Shown here one piece after another: positions 1-13,375 of a stretch of 64,000 nucleotides of DNA. Both the position numbers and the translations under genes were made by a program. Each line of letters begins with the position of its first letter. Position 1 is the stretch's first letter. Source of the DNA: Anthoceros angustus (lineage: Eukaryota > Plantae > Anthocerotophyta); contig MU008162.1 in the NCBI GenBank assembly GCA_010909165.1, positions 1,178,001-1,242,000 on the forward strand, given 5' to 3'. Under the pieces are notes generated by a model, which saw only the letters and a list, made by a program, of their open reading frames with translations, made no database searches and had not been told where the DNA came from.

Positions 1-2512
1 CACGTCGGAATCACTAGTAGCCTGTACTCCCCCCAGTTTTACCGAGATTTTGTTAGCCCTCTTCCCACTTCGCTTATCCCAGCTATTGGTTCTACTCAAC
101 TTCGGATTCTCATGCAAAGACCCAGAGTTTGATAATGTACCTTCCGCGTCTGGATCATTCTCTGAAGCTTTCGATGGCTCATCTTTGATCACAGACTGCC
201 CACTATTGTTGTTCACAGACTGCCCACTATTGTCAGCGTCATTCTCCAAACTAAGAATCAAGGTAGCAGCTGATGCTGTCCGCATCAACGGTCCTCCAGC
301 TTTCGTCCACGACATCTGCTTGATGTCCATGTTCTCACTGTCACTGTCACTATCATGGCTAGCCCTCCTCAGCTTTCGTATAGTGGTAGGGCCACCCCAA
401 GGTCCACCTGCCTGCTGTAACACTGATTCTATCCCTTCCTCATCTAGTGACCCCCATGAACTCTCTCTGGCCAGACAATTCCAGGATGGAATTCGCTTTG
501 CAGCAGACAGCCGCATCCCACCCACATGGCTCTTATCCATGTCCCTCTGGTTTTTACGCCGTCGATTGAGTTCTGAAACACATTCATCTAACATAAGTTC
601 TATACCACAGTTAGCCTGAATCGCAGAAAGCTTGGCCCAAGTTGCCCTTCTGCCTTGCAAGACAGCCTTTCGTAGCTCCGAAGGTGATGGATTCTGGATG
701 ATTTTTGTGAACTGAAAGAGCACGCAGAAGACAATGTCAGATTGTGTGCGACGAATGTGTGTCTGGAGATGGTCTGAGACAACATAACTGCCAAAAATGA
801 CCAATGCGCATGCTGGACAATCGTCCCTGCTGGCACACCTGAGCAATTGTCGCCGACATGACTATTGTGATATCCCCTTCCCAGTCCTGAGCAAACAGCT
901 TTGCCAGCCCTCCTAGCCTGAATCCCATCTCAAGCACCTGATGACAACGATGCTTTACCTCCATCTCCATTAAATGGGCCAGCTGCGAGAACGAAAAAAA
1001 AAACCCATCAACTAAGGAACACAAAACCGATGAAACCTTGGCCATAAACAGGTACTCCTAGAAGGCAAAGCCACAAACCTTGGCAGCAAAGTCGCCTCCG
1101 TAAACTCTAATCAGCTCCTTGAAACGTAGCAGAGGAGCTATGTGGGGATTCGCCTGACTGACAATAAAGTGATTCACGTTGAAGAGCTCTTTGAGCTGCA
1201 TCATCGGCAAGTCACTCTCGAGGCTACCATCAATCCATTCCCTCTTCCCAACGAGCGGCTGCTCGGGCCCCACTTGAGTGGGAGTATGATACGGCCGCAG
1301 AACCCCATGCCTATCCTTGGCCATGAGCTCCTGGGCTTCAAACAGATAGGGGAATGCACAGGACGCAGTAACAGCACTCCAGATCACAACATGGGGGGAG
1401 TTGAGGTAGTTCAGCAGCCGTGGAGGCTCATGCTTCCTGGGAGAGCAGACCGAAATCCCCAACACCCGACCAGAAAGATCATACGCTTCTTGAAACGTCA
1501 GATCCCCGATCAGCTGCCTCATCTTCCTCTGAAGCATCCCAATCTCGTGCACAGCCCCTCTAGTAAGCAACCTATGAGCCGTGGCGAAAATACTCCCCAT
1601 AGACTCGAAGAAATGCATAGGCGGAGGCGACTCCTCAAAAAACTTCTGCAGCTCCGTCCACGTCCTGGTGGCCGTGAAGGAGCAAATGATCGACCCAACA
1701 CTCGCCCCGGCCACGACCCGCGGCAGCAGCCGATGCTCAACCAGCGTCCTCACCACCCCCAGATGGAACGATCCCAACGCGGCCCCCCCGCTCAGCAGCA
1801 GCGCAGTCCTCCCGAACGCGTGCCTGGTCTCGTGGATGAAGGCCAGCTTCTCCTCCAATGTGAACTCGTCCGAATCCGTCTCACAAACAGACCGCAGACT
1901 GAGCCGCACCTCATCGATGTAGTCCCGGATGAGCTTGGGCGTCTCCAGCCTCCCCTTATGCAGCTCCGGGTTGCACATATTCCCGAGGTTCCTCACCAAA
2001 TCCGCCCGCATACAGAAGAGGATGTCGGCAACCTCCCCCTCGGTGCGCCGCTTCCTGAGCTCGTGCAACTTGGTCCGCACCAGATCCTCGTCGTACAGGG
2101 ACGCATCCGACTTCCTCTCCACCCCGTTGTCCAGCATCCGGGCCGCATAAGCCCACTCCTCGTACGTGCACGCGGCTTCCATCAAGTTGCTCCAGAACTT
2201 CCTCCGGTACGCCTGCTCCGCCCGGACCGCCACCTGCCTGGCCCGCCGCAGCAGCAACGCCATCGCCACCACCGCGGCCAGCAGCAGCCCCGGGTTGCTG
2301 GGGCTCAGCAGGGGAGCCACCTTCCTCAGCAGCCGCATCAAGACGCGCCTCCATCTCCTCAGATGGACAGACGTCCTGGCGTAGAACAGCACCACTAGCT
2401 CCTTCAGCGCCTTGCAGTACAGCACCTTGAGCGCCAACGCCCTCCCCAGCAGCGTGGACGGACCTACAGGAAAAGCATTCAGCACAGCATCCGCGTTGGC
2501 GTCCTGATCCAT
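1..2512 (-). CDS. SDP1: Patatin-domain triacylglycerol lipase (SUGAR-DEPENDENT1 family); exons 2512-1079, 982-839, 711-<1; 3' end lies outside the window
   Basis: Patatin motifs [19 protein letters not shown] (GxSxG) and [12 protein letters not shown]. The spliced continuation [21 protein letters not shown]...[11 protein letters not shown] and [21 protein letters not shown] matches plant SDP1. GT-AG introns at 983-1078 and 712-838 preserve the frame, and exon 3 is open to position 1. Confidence 0.95.
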
Positions 2513-5332
2513 CTACCACCCAAAACCTCAACCCAATTCCCCGGGCTGATCCGTCTTGCACAGTCCGCACCCTGGGATTCCAACAATTCCTCCTTGCCGC
2601 CCCGCCCAATGCGAGTTCGAAGCTGGAGCTCAAAGCCGCAAGAATTTGTTGGGCGGTACGATATGTTGGGCGATAGAATTTGTTGGGCGCCCAACAAATT
2701 CGCTACCCACCTACAGGATTTCACACACAAGCTCTGACAAACATACCCAACAAACACAGGAGCGTGCTGCCGCAGCCGAATGCGCAGGGGAGGAGGCAGC
2801 GGCGCGAGTTTCCTTCACGACAGAGCCACAAGGCGGGGTGATCGACACGGGAAGCGGCGGCAGGCCATGGTGACGCGCAGCAGAGAAAGCCCAGCCCAAC
2901 CCGCCACCTTCTTGCTTCCTCGAACTCAAAATGGGATGTGCCGGTTAGTTATCCGCCGCGTGGGCGGCTGACTTGGCGATCTGCGTGGAGTTTCGCCCGC
3001 CGACGTCACTCACATTGGACCACTGCCACGTCCAGAAGAGGTGAAGATTCGAGGTGCATCCGCATCTGACCGGCGTTTCTGGCGAATGGGGCCCCTGGGA
3101 ATGCGCCTTGATTCCAGCCGTCCAGGCTTCCGTTTCAGCTGGCGGATAAAAAATGACGGGACATCAGCCGTCCTTTGAGGGGGGGAATGCCGTGTCCAGC
3201 CAACCAAACCCCTGACTGGCGCCCAAATTTGGTGCGCCACTTCTCTACCTTCTCGATAAACATCACCACAATATAAGCAGGCTAATAAGCCCAAGCCTCG
3301 GCAGCAACCAATCGCGCAGGCTTTGATAAAAGGAGTAAAGGACGTGTTCGAGGCACCAATCCTCTCCAAATTTCGAGGAACCACTCCTGCGCGACCCAAC
3401 CTGTTCACCTGTTCCCAGTTTCTGCACGTCATCTTAGCAAACTGCATGTGAGGGGGAGCGGCGCGGGACGTCTTTAGATGGTGTACGTCTTAGGCTGAGT
3501 ATTATCAATATGTTAATCGATTAATTAAATTTTTTACTTTAAATTTCAGGGTTTTGTTTAGTAAAAAGGAGAAGTAACGATTATGGTGTCGTGCATTTTA
3601 AGCTTTAGCAAAACCTGCAAACCGGATGCCACTACCACTATCCTCATTTGTCGATATCCTCATTCTGCATGAACTCTTCAAGAGTGCATAGACTGGACCC
3701 AAAATCAAATACCACTTTCACAGCCTTTAGGCGTTCTGCATGCCTTATGTAAAGTTATTATTTTCTATAAGGGTCATGCATTCTGGCCTTTAGGCTTTTC
3801 ACATTGCGCAAATGAAAGTATCATTTTCCATGAGGGTTATGCATTTGAACCGGCATCAATTGCGTGTCGATCAGAAAGATGTAATGGCAAACCAGTGTCT
3901 GAAATGTGTCGTGCATGCCACCAGGACGACCGGTGCTGAGGGTTCGTTCTCATTTGTACTAACAATGTCACAGCCGATGTGTTCCGATGACGAGATTCAA
4001 GACTTGTTAGTGCAAACCCCGGCAAGTGGCCCGTTCAACAAGGAAAGCTTGGAGTGGACTGTCGACAATTATGAATGTGGACGAAAGAAAGCCCAGCAAG
4101 AAGTGTCGTGAGCATACATTCTGACCTCTCGAGCATAAGATTTTCTGGATGGAGGAAGTGAAAAACTCCCGTTTCTTAACGAAGTTTTACAAAGTATACC
4201 TATGGGCTTCAATCTAAGGAAGCACCAAAGTATGTAGTGAGGTCTACACATCGATATGAATGCATTTATACAATATATCAATGTCAGTATGGCCTAGCTA
4301 ATTGCTATAGGCAATCTCTACTAACCTTGCTAGCCTCACCAATCCATCTCTCAGACCTAAGAGAAATCTTGGTTTAAGGAGACCGAAAGGTAGCATTAAG
4401 GTGAGATGTCTCTTCCAGATTTATGTCATCTTCCATCTGGCTGTATGTAAGATTGTCGTTGATGTCTGACACCAAAATTGAGCACTTCTAGCAAGTATCT
4501 ACATTTGGGCATCGGTATCGCTGTGGTTCGGCTTCATGAACGACACATCTTGGTGCATCATGAGTAGCATGTATATGTGGATGTGCCACAAAGGCAGCCT
4601 CATGCGTGGCTTGGCCTCCTCGCACGTCTAAGCTTTTGATTGCTTATTCGTGGCCAATTTCTAGGGTGCACCTTACTTTTTTGCTTTCGTTCAACATTAG
4701 AACTGACACCGTCAAGCCTAGTAGCCTTGGCAGGAGGCTGGTATGCATCAAGTGTAGGCACAGTAACGTTGTGGGAGCTTCTTGCTGCCCCTTGCTCCTA
4801 TGCTTTGGCCTCTCGTAAAGACCCAAAAATCTTTGCTATGAGTCCCAATTGGGGAGAGGTATGGGGCCTTCGCCAAATGTCAACCAAGGAACTCATCAAA
4901 AGGTTGAGCGCAATCAACAGCAAGTTGGTAAACTTTGTGGTCGCCGTCATGTACAATACTCTCTGGTTCTTGGTTTCTCGCAGTCATCGAGCCATCCTCG
5001 AGCTCAATTGGTTTCTACCTAAGGGTCCCTCTATGCACAGTATATCATTGAAACTATGACTTAGTTAACTTAACGATGATTCGAGCAGTCTGGGTCGAAT
5101 AATCAGCGTGAAGACATTGTATCGAGAAACGAGGCGGTGCGGAGCATGCTTGGTTCATTTGATAGCAAGAGAACTTAGAGCAATTTATTGAGAGGAAAAA
5201 CAAATATTTATACACATAGTGTTTCGGTTATTAAACTATTGTAACTAAATACGAAACTACTTGAATCGCTAATAAGGCAGACCGATAAATTGTATCATAG
5301 GTCTGATAATAACTCGAATACCCTATTTCTAT

Positions 5333-8106
5333 ACTCCCACTTAGTTGAAGTATTTAGAGAAGGCAATTACTACGGATATCCAGCTAATGTCCTTGCTTCG
5401 CTGTCACTGAAGAAAAGGGACGTAAATGGAAATGAGTATACCGGGCACATTCCAAACGTGAAACTTCACTATCTATCTCACGCTTACGCTCCACTCCTGC
5501 TATAAGTTCAGCTATGGCTATGCTGGATGCCGCTGAACTGATGATCTTCACCTCTACTGTCTTCGCCCTCGCCTTCCTTGGCTGTAGAAACTTCTGCTCT
5601 CCTCGCATTTGTAGCCACCAGAACTTGATTCGGTGCAACATGTCAGATTCCAGGCAAGGCTTGAGATGCCTTGGTTGCGAAAGAGTATGGCTCCCTGTCA
5701 GCAAATTCTCTGAGAGACAGTCCTGTCTTCATGCCATCTACTGTCTGGTGTCCAGCATAGTTTCTTTCGAGGCTCCTATCAGTGTTCCCGCTCCTGTTGA
5801 GTCATCCAAAGCAAAAAAATGCCTGGAGAGTGCAGAACTTTGACAACCAGGGACGTCCTCGAAAAGTCTTCCCAGCACCCGCCAGCGAGTTTGAGAAGAT
5901 GAGCTACAAGGAAACGGAGTACCACCCACCAAGGGGACCAGCAAAGGTTGCCCTCACGCCCACTACAGCTGAGTTGGAGGCTTACATGAAGACACCCCTG
6001 CCAGTGGACTCTGACGACGAGGTCTATATGATGAGAGAATGGGGAATTAGTCCCCCAAAAGAGAAGAAGAGGATGGACAAAAAAGCAAAGAAGAATGATG
6101 ACTAGCTAGCGAAGAAAGGAAAAGGTAAGTACATCTATTATGTGAGATTAAGCATGTGAAAGCTACGAAAGAGAGTGGAAACACTAACCTATTGCTGTCA
6201 AAAAGATAAGAAGACAAAGGAAGATAGGCCTGAACCTCACATGATAGAGTTTGGTGTACTAATTACTTATTACTGTACGTTACTCCCTATCATGGTTGAT
6301 TGACGCCGTGAACTTAATGCATTGGAAGTATAATACTCTAACGCTCCAGTGGATTGGCAGCAATGGAAGAAGAATTTGCCAAAGTTGTAAGACTGCGTGA
6401 GGATTTGGTGAAGATACTGAACAAACATGGACAACTCCCACTAGGTATTTAGTAGGCAAAATCTTAGCTAGTGTGCAGCTTGTTGAATGAAATGATGTGA
6501 AATTTCAATGTGCATGGACCTAGCATGAAACACTGGATTTTTCGAAAGAGCTATGGCCGATTGATTATCACACCAAAGAGGTGTAGGGCCAGGCTGCAAC
6601 TACTTCAATCCAGTAAGGAAAATGCGGATCCAAATAACCTCATTGGTTGCTTGGGTCATGGCAGCATACTCGGCCTCGGTAGATTTAAGACAAATGGTGG
6701 AAAGCTTCTTACTGGACCATCAAACAGCCGAATTGCCCATAAAAGTGTAGTATGCCGCAACATTCTGTCGGGTATCAGGGTCCCCAGCCCAATCAGGGTC
6801 CCCAGCCCAATCAGCATCACAATATGCTGTAAGCTCCAGACCACTAGTACTCTTGGAAAACTGTAAGCCTTTACGAGCAGTACCTTTAAGATATCGGAAA
6901 ATTCGCCTGACCGCTATCCAGTGAGGCAACCCATGATTCTCCAAGAATTGGCTGACTGCAAGATTTCTCTTATTCAGACCCGGATGATGAGGTCTTTAAC
7001 CTGAATAGAAAGTCAGCTGTCCCAAATCGGTCATTTTGAATTTGCAAAGTGGCCTCGAATCTTGCACCAGTTGCATGTGAGAGTCGTCTTCTATGTGTTG
7101 GAGAACCTCTGTTGTCCAGGAAACGGGTAGCCTCTTGCTCTCCCTCTTCCACGAAATCCACCTCTTCCTTTAGAAGTAAAAAGCACTCTTGAGTTGTTTG
7201 CAGGGGCTCCACGAGTTTTATGAAAGCCGTGGGCATGCTCTTCAGAGAGGAATGCTCCTATAACTTCTTCAAGAGTGACTTTGGGGCTTGCACCAGTACC
7301 TACACTATTGCACGAATAGTGGCATTTTGACTCCCAACAAAGTTTTGGTAACTTTCGGGAAGAGAGGCTAGCAAGCTGACAACAGCTTGTACTTATGTAA
7401 GAGTGTGTCCATAGCAAGCCACATTAGCTCTGTGAAATTTGAACTTGTTGATGTAAGATTCAATCGGCTCATGGTCTTTCATCTTGAGATTGAAGAAATC
7501 CATGTACGCATGTACTAGGGAAGCTGAGCTCTTGTCATGATATATCTGCTTAAACACTTTCCACACATTAGCAGAGGCGTTAGCACCAATCGTATGCGGC
7601 ATAATGTTTCTATCCAGAGAAGAAATGTGTATGGACCTAGCCCATCTATCCTTGCGATCCCAAGCTAGGAGCTCATCAGATGTTCTAGGAGGAACTATTG
7701 TTCTTGAGTCTGACCCATCTACAAGAATCATCAACTAATTTTCTTCCAGAATCTAGGTCAATCTCATTTTCCAGATGTTATAGTCCACACCATTAAACCT
7801 ATCCTTATCTCTAAACTCTATTTCAAGAGTAGCAAAGCCAGCCTGCGAAGACATGGCTGTATTAGACACCGGAGGTGAAGGATCGTGTGGCAGCACATGA
7901 TGGTGGAAAGAGGAGAGGAAAGGAGGAAGCAAATGGATCTCTCTCTCATTGAGATGAGGCTCTGGGGGTATTTAAACCCTCTAGCAGGGCTCCCTAGGAA
8001 GCGCAAGAAGCTTCCTAGTGATTAGCTTTAGCTAAACTAATGATACTTAACAGACACCTAACTTAGACTAAGCGTATTAGTCTAAGTACATTGGGCTTTA
8101 ATACCC
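5333..8106 (-). mobile_element. Internally deleted, degenerate Ty1/copia LTR retrotransposon (element A): gag about 7859-7000 joined directly to RT C-terminus/RNase H about 6960-6400
   Basis: Gag reads MSSQAGFATLEIEFRDKDRFNGVDYNIWKMRL. RT/RNase H reads [62 protein letters not shown] degraded PBS (GGTATTAAAGC, minus strand, about 8095-8105) and a PPT-like AAGTGGGAG near 5334-5342 are present. There is an 18-bp duplication (DWAGDP x2) at about 6776-6811. Boundaries are approximate. Confidence 0.85.
5514..6105 (+). pseudogene. Antisense accessory ORF of copia element A (hydrophobic N-terminus, C-x2-C-x17-H-x3-C motif, TPLPxDxDDE motif, Lys-rich tail); one frameshift at an A7 run near 5815
   Basis: ORFs 5514-5843 and 5782-6105 overlap in different frames. 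The translation aligns without gaps to the antisense ORF of element B. Confidence 0.65.
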
Positions 8107-8500
8107 TTACAGGAGGAAGGACAGGTGGGTTAGTAGCCCTATTATCTTTGACGGAAGCAAAAATATGGTGCAATGAGCAGCAAAAGAGATTATGTGGATA
8201 TGCAGCTTTCTCCATGGACTCAAGCAACTTCAGCTTCAATCCACTATGCTATGGTGCGACAACTAGTTGGCAATAGCTCTATCAAAGAACCCGGTTTCCA
8301 TGCAAGATCGAAGCACATCGAAATTTCTCACCATTTTATAAGACAAGTTGTTGACAAAGGGGAGGTAATAGTTTCCTATGTCCCCACGGGTGAGAACACT
8401 TTTGGCCTTTTAACTAAAGCCCTTCCTCGTCAAATGCATGAGAAACACATCATGGGTGCTGGCATTTGTGATATTCCTACCAGTCTAACGGGAACGCACA
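8105..8500 (+). mobile_element. Ty1/copia RNase H fragment (element B), followed by a long 3' region
   Basis: VALLSLTEAKY and [43 protein letters not shown]. Confidence 0.85.
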
Positions 8501-9148
8501 CTAGCATAGATCACTACTTTACTCATCAAGTGAGAGTTGATTATGCATTTTCAGTATCTTCACTATTTCTTCTTTCGCACTTGCCGCCTTAGCAACCTCC
8601 TCATTGAAAGATGTCATACATACCAACACAACGGTATCCAGCTTTTCATTTCACCTTTCTACCTTTTTCAGTTAGGGAGAAGAATATTTACAGCTACTAG
8701 TCACTAGAATGCCTGAAGCAGTTATATGAGGTTCTATTCTCCCCTATTTGTTTTTCTTGCTGCAGTCACTGTCATTGTCCAGGCTGGTTACATCTTCAGC
8801 TGATGCTTTCTTCTCTTCCTTTGCCTTGTTTGTTGTTGTTTTCTTCGGCTTTCCCTTCTTGCCTTTGCTCGTAGAACCCGCTGTCTTTATGCTTGGGTTG
8901 GGAATTAGGTCCTCGTCATCAAAGTCTGGAGGAAGAGGTGTGCCCATGAGCTTCCCCAGGTCCAGTGTAGCGGGAACGAAGCCCATGCCTTCCAGAGCTC
9001 CAAGATGAAGCTTGAAGAACTCCTCCCCGGGGGCAGTACACACTGTCATCAGTTACCCATTTTTTTCAAGATTATATTATGGAGTTTCCTCGCAGCTTTT
9101 GCGTGAGCAGTCTCCACCCAGCAATCTGATTCTGCAGGAGCATCAAGA

Positions 9149-12100
9149 CCCTACTAGAAAGGGCAGCCTATGTTACAGTCGTTGTTGCAATTTTATGTTA
9201 TACTTCTAACTTGCAACATCATTTGGAGGCTTGGTATTAAGTTTGTCATTTCTTTCCCCAAGTGGGCCTACAATCTTAACACGAACTGCTCTCTCTCCTA
9301 CCACTTCACCCTCTTAACTACATCCCTCTCTCATATGCATTGTTTATGAATTCCTCATGCAATTGCAACATGATCAGAATAAGGACCCTCTCTCTTCTCT
9401 TCCATCCCCATCTTTATTACACCCCATTGGGAGTACAATTAGTTAAGGTTTTTCCTAGCGCTCTTCTTTGCACTCTCTCTTCACAACTATTTGTTAATGG
9501 TGCCTGCACAATATCACAGTAACATGCCCATTAACTGTCACCTTTAAAGGTGACCTAAACATAATATTATTTACCTATGTCTAAGTTCGTGGGTCCGAGG
9601 CTCACTCTGCGTTCGGAGGCAAGGAGAAGGAGGGGGAGAGGAGCAGAAGGGAGAGAGGTGGGGGAGGAAGAGGAGGAGAGGAGGAGAGGAGGAAGGGGAG
9701 AGGCAAGGAGGAAATAGGGGAGAGGGATCTGAGGTAGAGGAGGAGGAGGAGTAGGAGGAGGAGGAGAGGAGGAAGGGGAGAGGCAATGAGGAAAGGGGAG
9801 AGGGATCCGAGGGAGGAGGAGGAGGAGGAGGAGGAGGAGGAGAGGGAGGCGAGAGGGAAGGAGGAGGAGGGAAAGCGAAAGGACAGGAGGGGAGATTATA
9901 AGGAGGAGGAGGGAAGATGGAAAGAAGAGGAGCAAGAGGAGGGGAGAGGGAAGGAAGAGGAGGGGAGAGGGAAAGAAGAGGAGGTAGATGGAAAGGAGGA
10001 GGAGGGGAGAGGGAAAGAAGAGGCCCGCTCCATGCCGTGATTTCAAGTAAAGACCCGCTCCAAGCCGTGATTTCTAGTCTCAATTTTTCATGATGCGTAA
10101 CCACCGTGACATGATGTTGGTGAAGGGATGGTGGCGGGATCACGTGTACACCCGCAGATCTTGTACTTCCAATCGTGATTTCCTCTCAAATTTTCAGCTA
10201 TGAACTAGCTAGTGTCATTTGATGTTAGAGAAGGCGATAGGCAAGGAGGAAAAGGGGACGGGATCCGAGGTAGATAAGGAGGAGGAGGAGGAGGAGGAGA
10301 GAGTCAAGGAGGAAAAGGGGAGAGGGATGAGGTAGAGAGGAGGAGGAGGTAGAGAGGCAAGGAGGAAAAGGGGAGAGGGATCCGAGGTAGAGGAGGAGGA
10401 GGTAGAGGCAAGGAGGAAAGGGGAGAGGGATGAGGTAGAGGAGGAGGAGGAGAGGCAAGGAGGAAAGGGGAGAGGAGGGAGGAGGAGGAGGAGGAGGAGG
10501 AGGAGGAGGCAAGGAGGAAAAGGGGGAGGGATATATAGAGGAGGAGGAGGAGGAGGAGGAGGAGGAGGCAAGGAGGAAATGGGGAGAGGGATCATATAGA
10601 GGAGGAGGAGGAGGAGGAGGGAGAGGCAAGGAGGAAAGGGGAGAGGGAAGAGGAGGAGGAGGAGGAGGAGGCAAGGAGGAAAAGGGGAGAGGGATGGGAG
10701 GAGGGGAGGAGGAGGAGGAGGAAGGAGGGGAGGAAGGAGGGGAGGAAGGAGGGGAGGAAGGAGGGGAGGAAGGAGGGGAGATGGGAAGAAGGAGGAGGAA
10801 GGAGGGGGAAGGAGGGGAGATGGGAAGAAGGAGGAGGAAGGAGGGAGGAAGGAGGGGAGGAAGGAGGGGAGATGGGAAGAAGGAGGAGGGGAGAGGGAAG
10901 GAAGAGGAGGAGGCCCGTTCCATGCCGTGATTTCAAGTAGAGACCCAATCCATGCCGTGATTTCCGTGAGAGACCCATTCCATGCTATGATTTCCTCAAT
11001 TTTTCGCTTGATGCGTAACCACCGTGACATGATGTTGGTGAAGGGATGGTGGCGGGATCACGTGTACACCGCAAGCGATCTTGTACTTGTAGAGCATTGC
11101 AAGGTCGTGCCAAGACCGCTTCCAATACCGTGATTTCCTCTCAAATTTTCAGTGAACTAGCTAGTGCAATTTGATGTTAGAGAAGGCGATAGTAGCATGA
11201 CGGGGTGTCTCGTGTACATGTACAACTGCAAGTAGTTGCAAGGTCAGGCCAAGACCCATTCCATGTTGTTATTTCTTATCTCAAATTTTCAGCTGATGCG
11301 TAACCGGACTATGATGTGAAGTTAGGGAAGGCGATGGAAGAAGGCAGAGGGAGGATAGGAGTGGAGCAACCAACAGCAGCCATGGTCGAGGCAAGGGCAA
11401 AAAGGCGCGTAACAGACATGAGGTAGTTGTCTAGGGGGAGAGAGAAGGAGGGAGGACTTGAGCCAAACAACCCCACGCCAAGATAGCAAACATGGGTCCG
11501 CTGTAGCACAAACTCAGAGGCACAAAAGGCACGAGTGCTCAAGGACAAACTAGTAAACGATCGTGGACGTGTACAAAGTATGTACGTTATCCGTGGACGA
11601 TATGCTTATTTTATATAAAATAGAATATGACCATATCACGTGAAATTACCATATAGTATATGTTACCATGAACAATACGTGTATTTTACAAAGAATGTAT
11701 TCATACATGTATTTTATATATGTGTATTCATACGAGTATCGGTGGGAACTACTAAGTAAAACTAGGTATTCCATAGGGTAATAGTAGTAAAAGAGGAAGG
11801 TAGATGGGGAGGAGGTTCGGTACCAAGCCCGCAAAATCAGAACAAGAGACGATGTAACACTTTGGTTGTTGCAATTATGTTGAAATTTTGAGAGGGACAC
11901 AAACCACCTCTCACTACATTGCAACATAATTGCAACAAGACATATGATCGTAATAAGGTGGAGGGTTGGTTTCAAACCTAATCGTAATAAGGGGTCCCAA
12001 AAGTGTAACAAGACCCCAAGATTTTAACATAATTGCAACAAAGGGGTCCAAATCTTAACATAAAGTGTAACATGACCGCCTTTTCTAGTAGGGAGAGAAA

Positions 12101-13228
12101 GCGATGTTGGCGGCATCGACAATACATCGCGTGGAGACCAACGAGCATTATGTGAACTTTGATATGGGCACCCATATCCTTGGCACCCCAAGGAGTGGAA
12201 GGAGCTTGGTTGTTAGATGGTGAGTACACTTGCGTATCTTGTACCAGAGCATTGCAAGGTCGTGCCAAGACCGTTCCAATCCGTGATTTCCTCAAATTTT
12301 CAGTTGCGTAACTAGCTAGTGCGATTTGATGTTAGAGAAGGCGATAGTAGCATGGCGGGTGTCTCGTGTACATGTACAATCGCAAGTAGTTGCAAGGTCG
12401 CCAAGACCCATTCCATGCTATTTCTTATCTCAAATTTTCAGCCGATGCGAACCACTATGATGTGAAGTTAGGGAAGGCGATGGAAGAAGGCGAGGGAGGA
12501 TAGGAGGAGCAACCAACAGCAGCCATGGTCGAGGCAAGGGCAAAAGGCGCAGAATGGACATGAGGCAGTTGTCTAGGGGAGAGAGAAGGAGGGAGGACTT
12601 GAGCCAAACAACCGCCAAGATAGCAAACATGGGTCCGCTGTAGCACAAACTCGTAGGCACAAAAGGCACGAGTGCTCAAGGACAAACTAGTAAACGATCG
12701 TGGACGTGTACAAAGTATGTACGTTATCCGTGATATGCTTATTTTATATAAAATAGAATATGACCATATATCACGTGAAATTACCATATAGTATATGTTA
12801 CCATGAACAATACGTGTATTTTACAAAGAATGTATTCATACATGTATTTTATATATGTGTATTCATACGAGTATCTGGGAACTACTAAGTAAAACTAGGT
12901 ATTCCATAGGGTAATAGTAGTAAAAGAGGAAGGTAGATGGGGAGGAGGTTCGGTACCAAGCCTCAAAATCGTAATAAGAGATGTAACACTTTGGTTGTTG
13001 CAATTATGTTGAAATTTTGAGAGGGACACAAACCACCTCTCACTACATTGCAACATAATTGCAACAAGACTGTATATGATCGTAATAAGGTGGAGGGTTG
13101 GTTTCAAACCTAATCGTAATAAGGGGTCCCAAAAGTGTAACAAGACCCCAAGATTTTAACATAATTGCAACAAAGGGGGGTCCAAATCTTAACATAAAGT
13201 GTAACATGACTGCCCTTTTCTAGTAGGG
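9149..13228. mobile_element. Non-autonomous CACTA/CMC-like DNA transposon with CCCTA termini
   Basis: Imperfect TIRs of about 29 bp: CCCTACTAGAAA-GGGCAGCCTATGTTACA at 9149 versus the reverse complement CCCTACTAGAAAAGGGCAGTC-ATGTTACA ending at 13228. 3-bp TSD AGA at 9146-9148 and 13229-13231. TTGCAAC/TTATGTT subterminal repeats. No transposase was seen. Confidence 0.75.
9620..10925. repeat. GGA/GA-rich low-complexity tracts inside the CACTA-like element, punctuated by CATGCCGTGATTTC repeats and a duplicated block of about 150 bp (about 10090-10240 and 11010-11190)
   Basis: Directly visible (GGA)n and GGAGGGGAGGAA arrays. Confidence 0.9.
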
Positions 13229-13375
13229 AGAGAAACGATGTTGGCAGACTGACAATACATCGCGTGGAGACCAACGGAGCATTATGTGAACTTTGATATG
13301 GGCACCCATATCCTTGGCACCCCAAGGGAGTGGAAGGGAGCTTGGTTGTTAGATGGTGAGTACACTCTTGCGTGC
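11075..13375. repeat. Tandem duplication of about 1.15 kb (about 11075-12236 and 12237-13375) that includes the right TIR and its flank; probably an assembly artefact
   Basis: Near-identical copies that differ mainly by 1-3-nt indels. A second TIR+AGA copy ends at 12093-12096. Confidence 0.85.

Noticed and set aside
50-619. 189-aa plus-strand ORF
   Set aside because: Antisense to SDP1 exon 3.
1142-2398. 418-aa plus-strand ORF
   Set aside because: Antisense shadow of the GC3-rich SDP1 exon 1, with no recognisable domain.
9567-11030. Long Pro/Ser/Leu- or Glu-rich ORFs (extensin-like appearance)
   Set aside because: They arise from (GGA)n/(CCT)n low-complexity DNA that lacks stops in several frames inside a TE.
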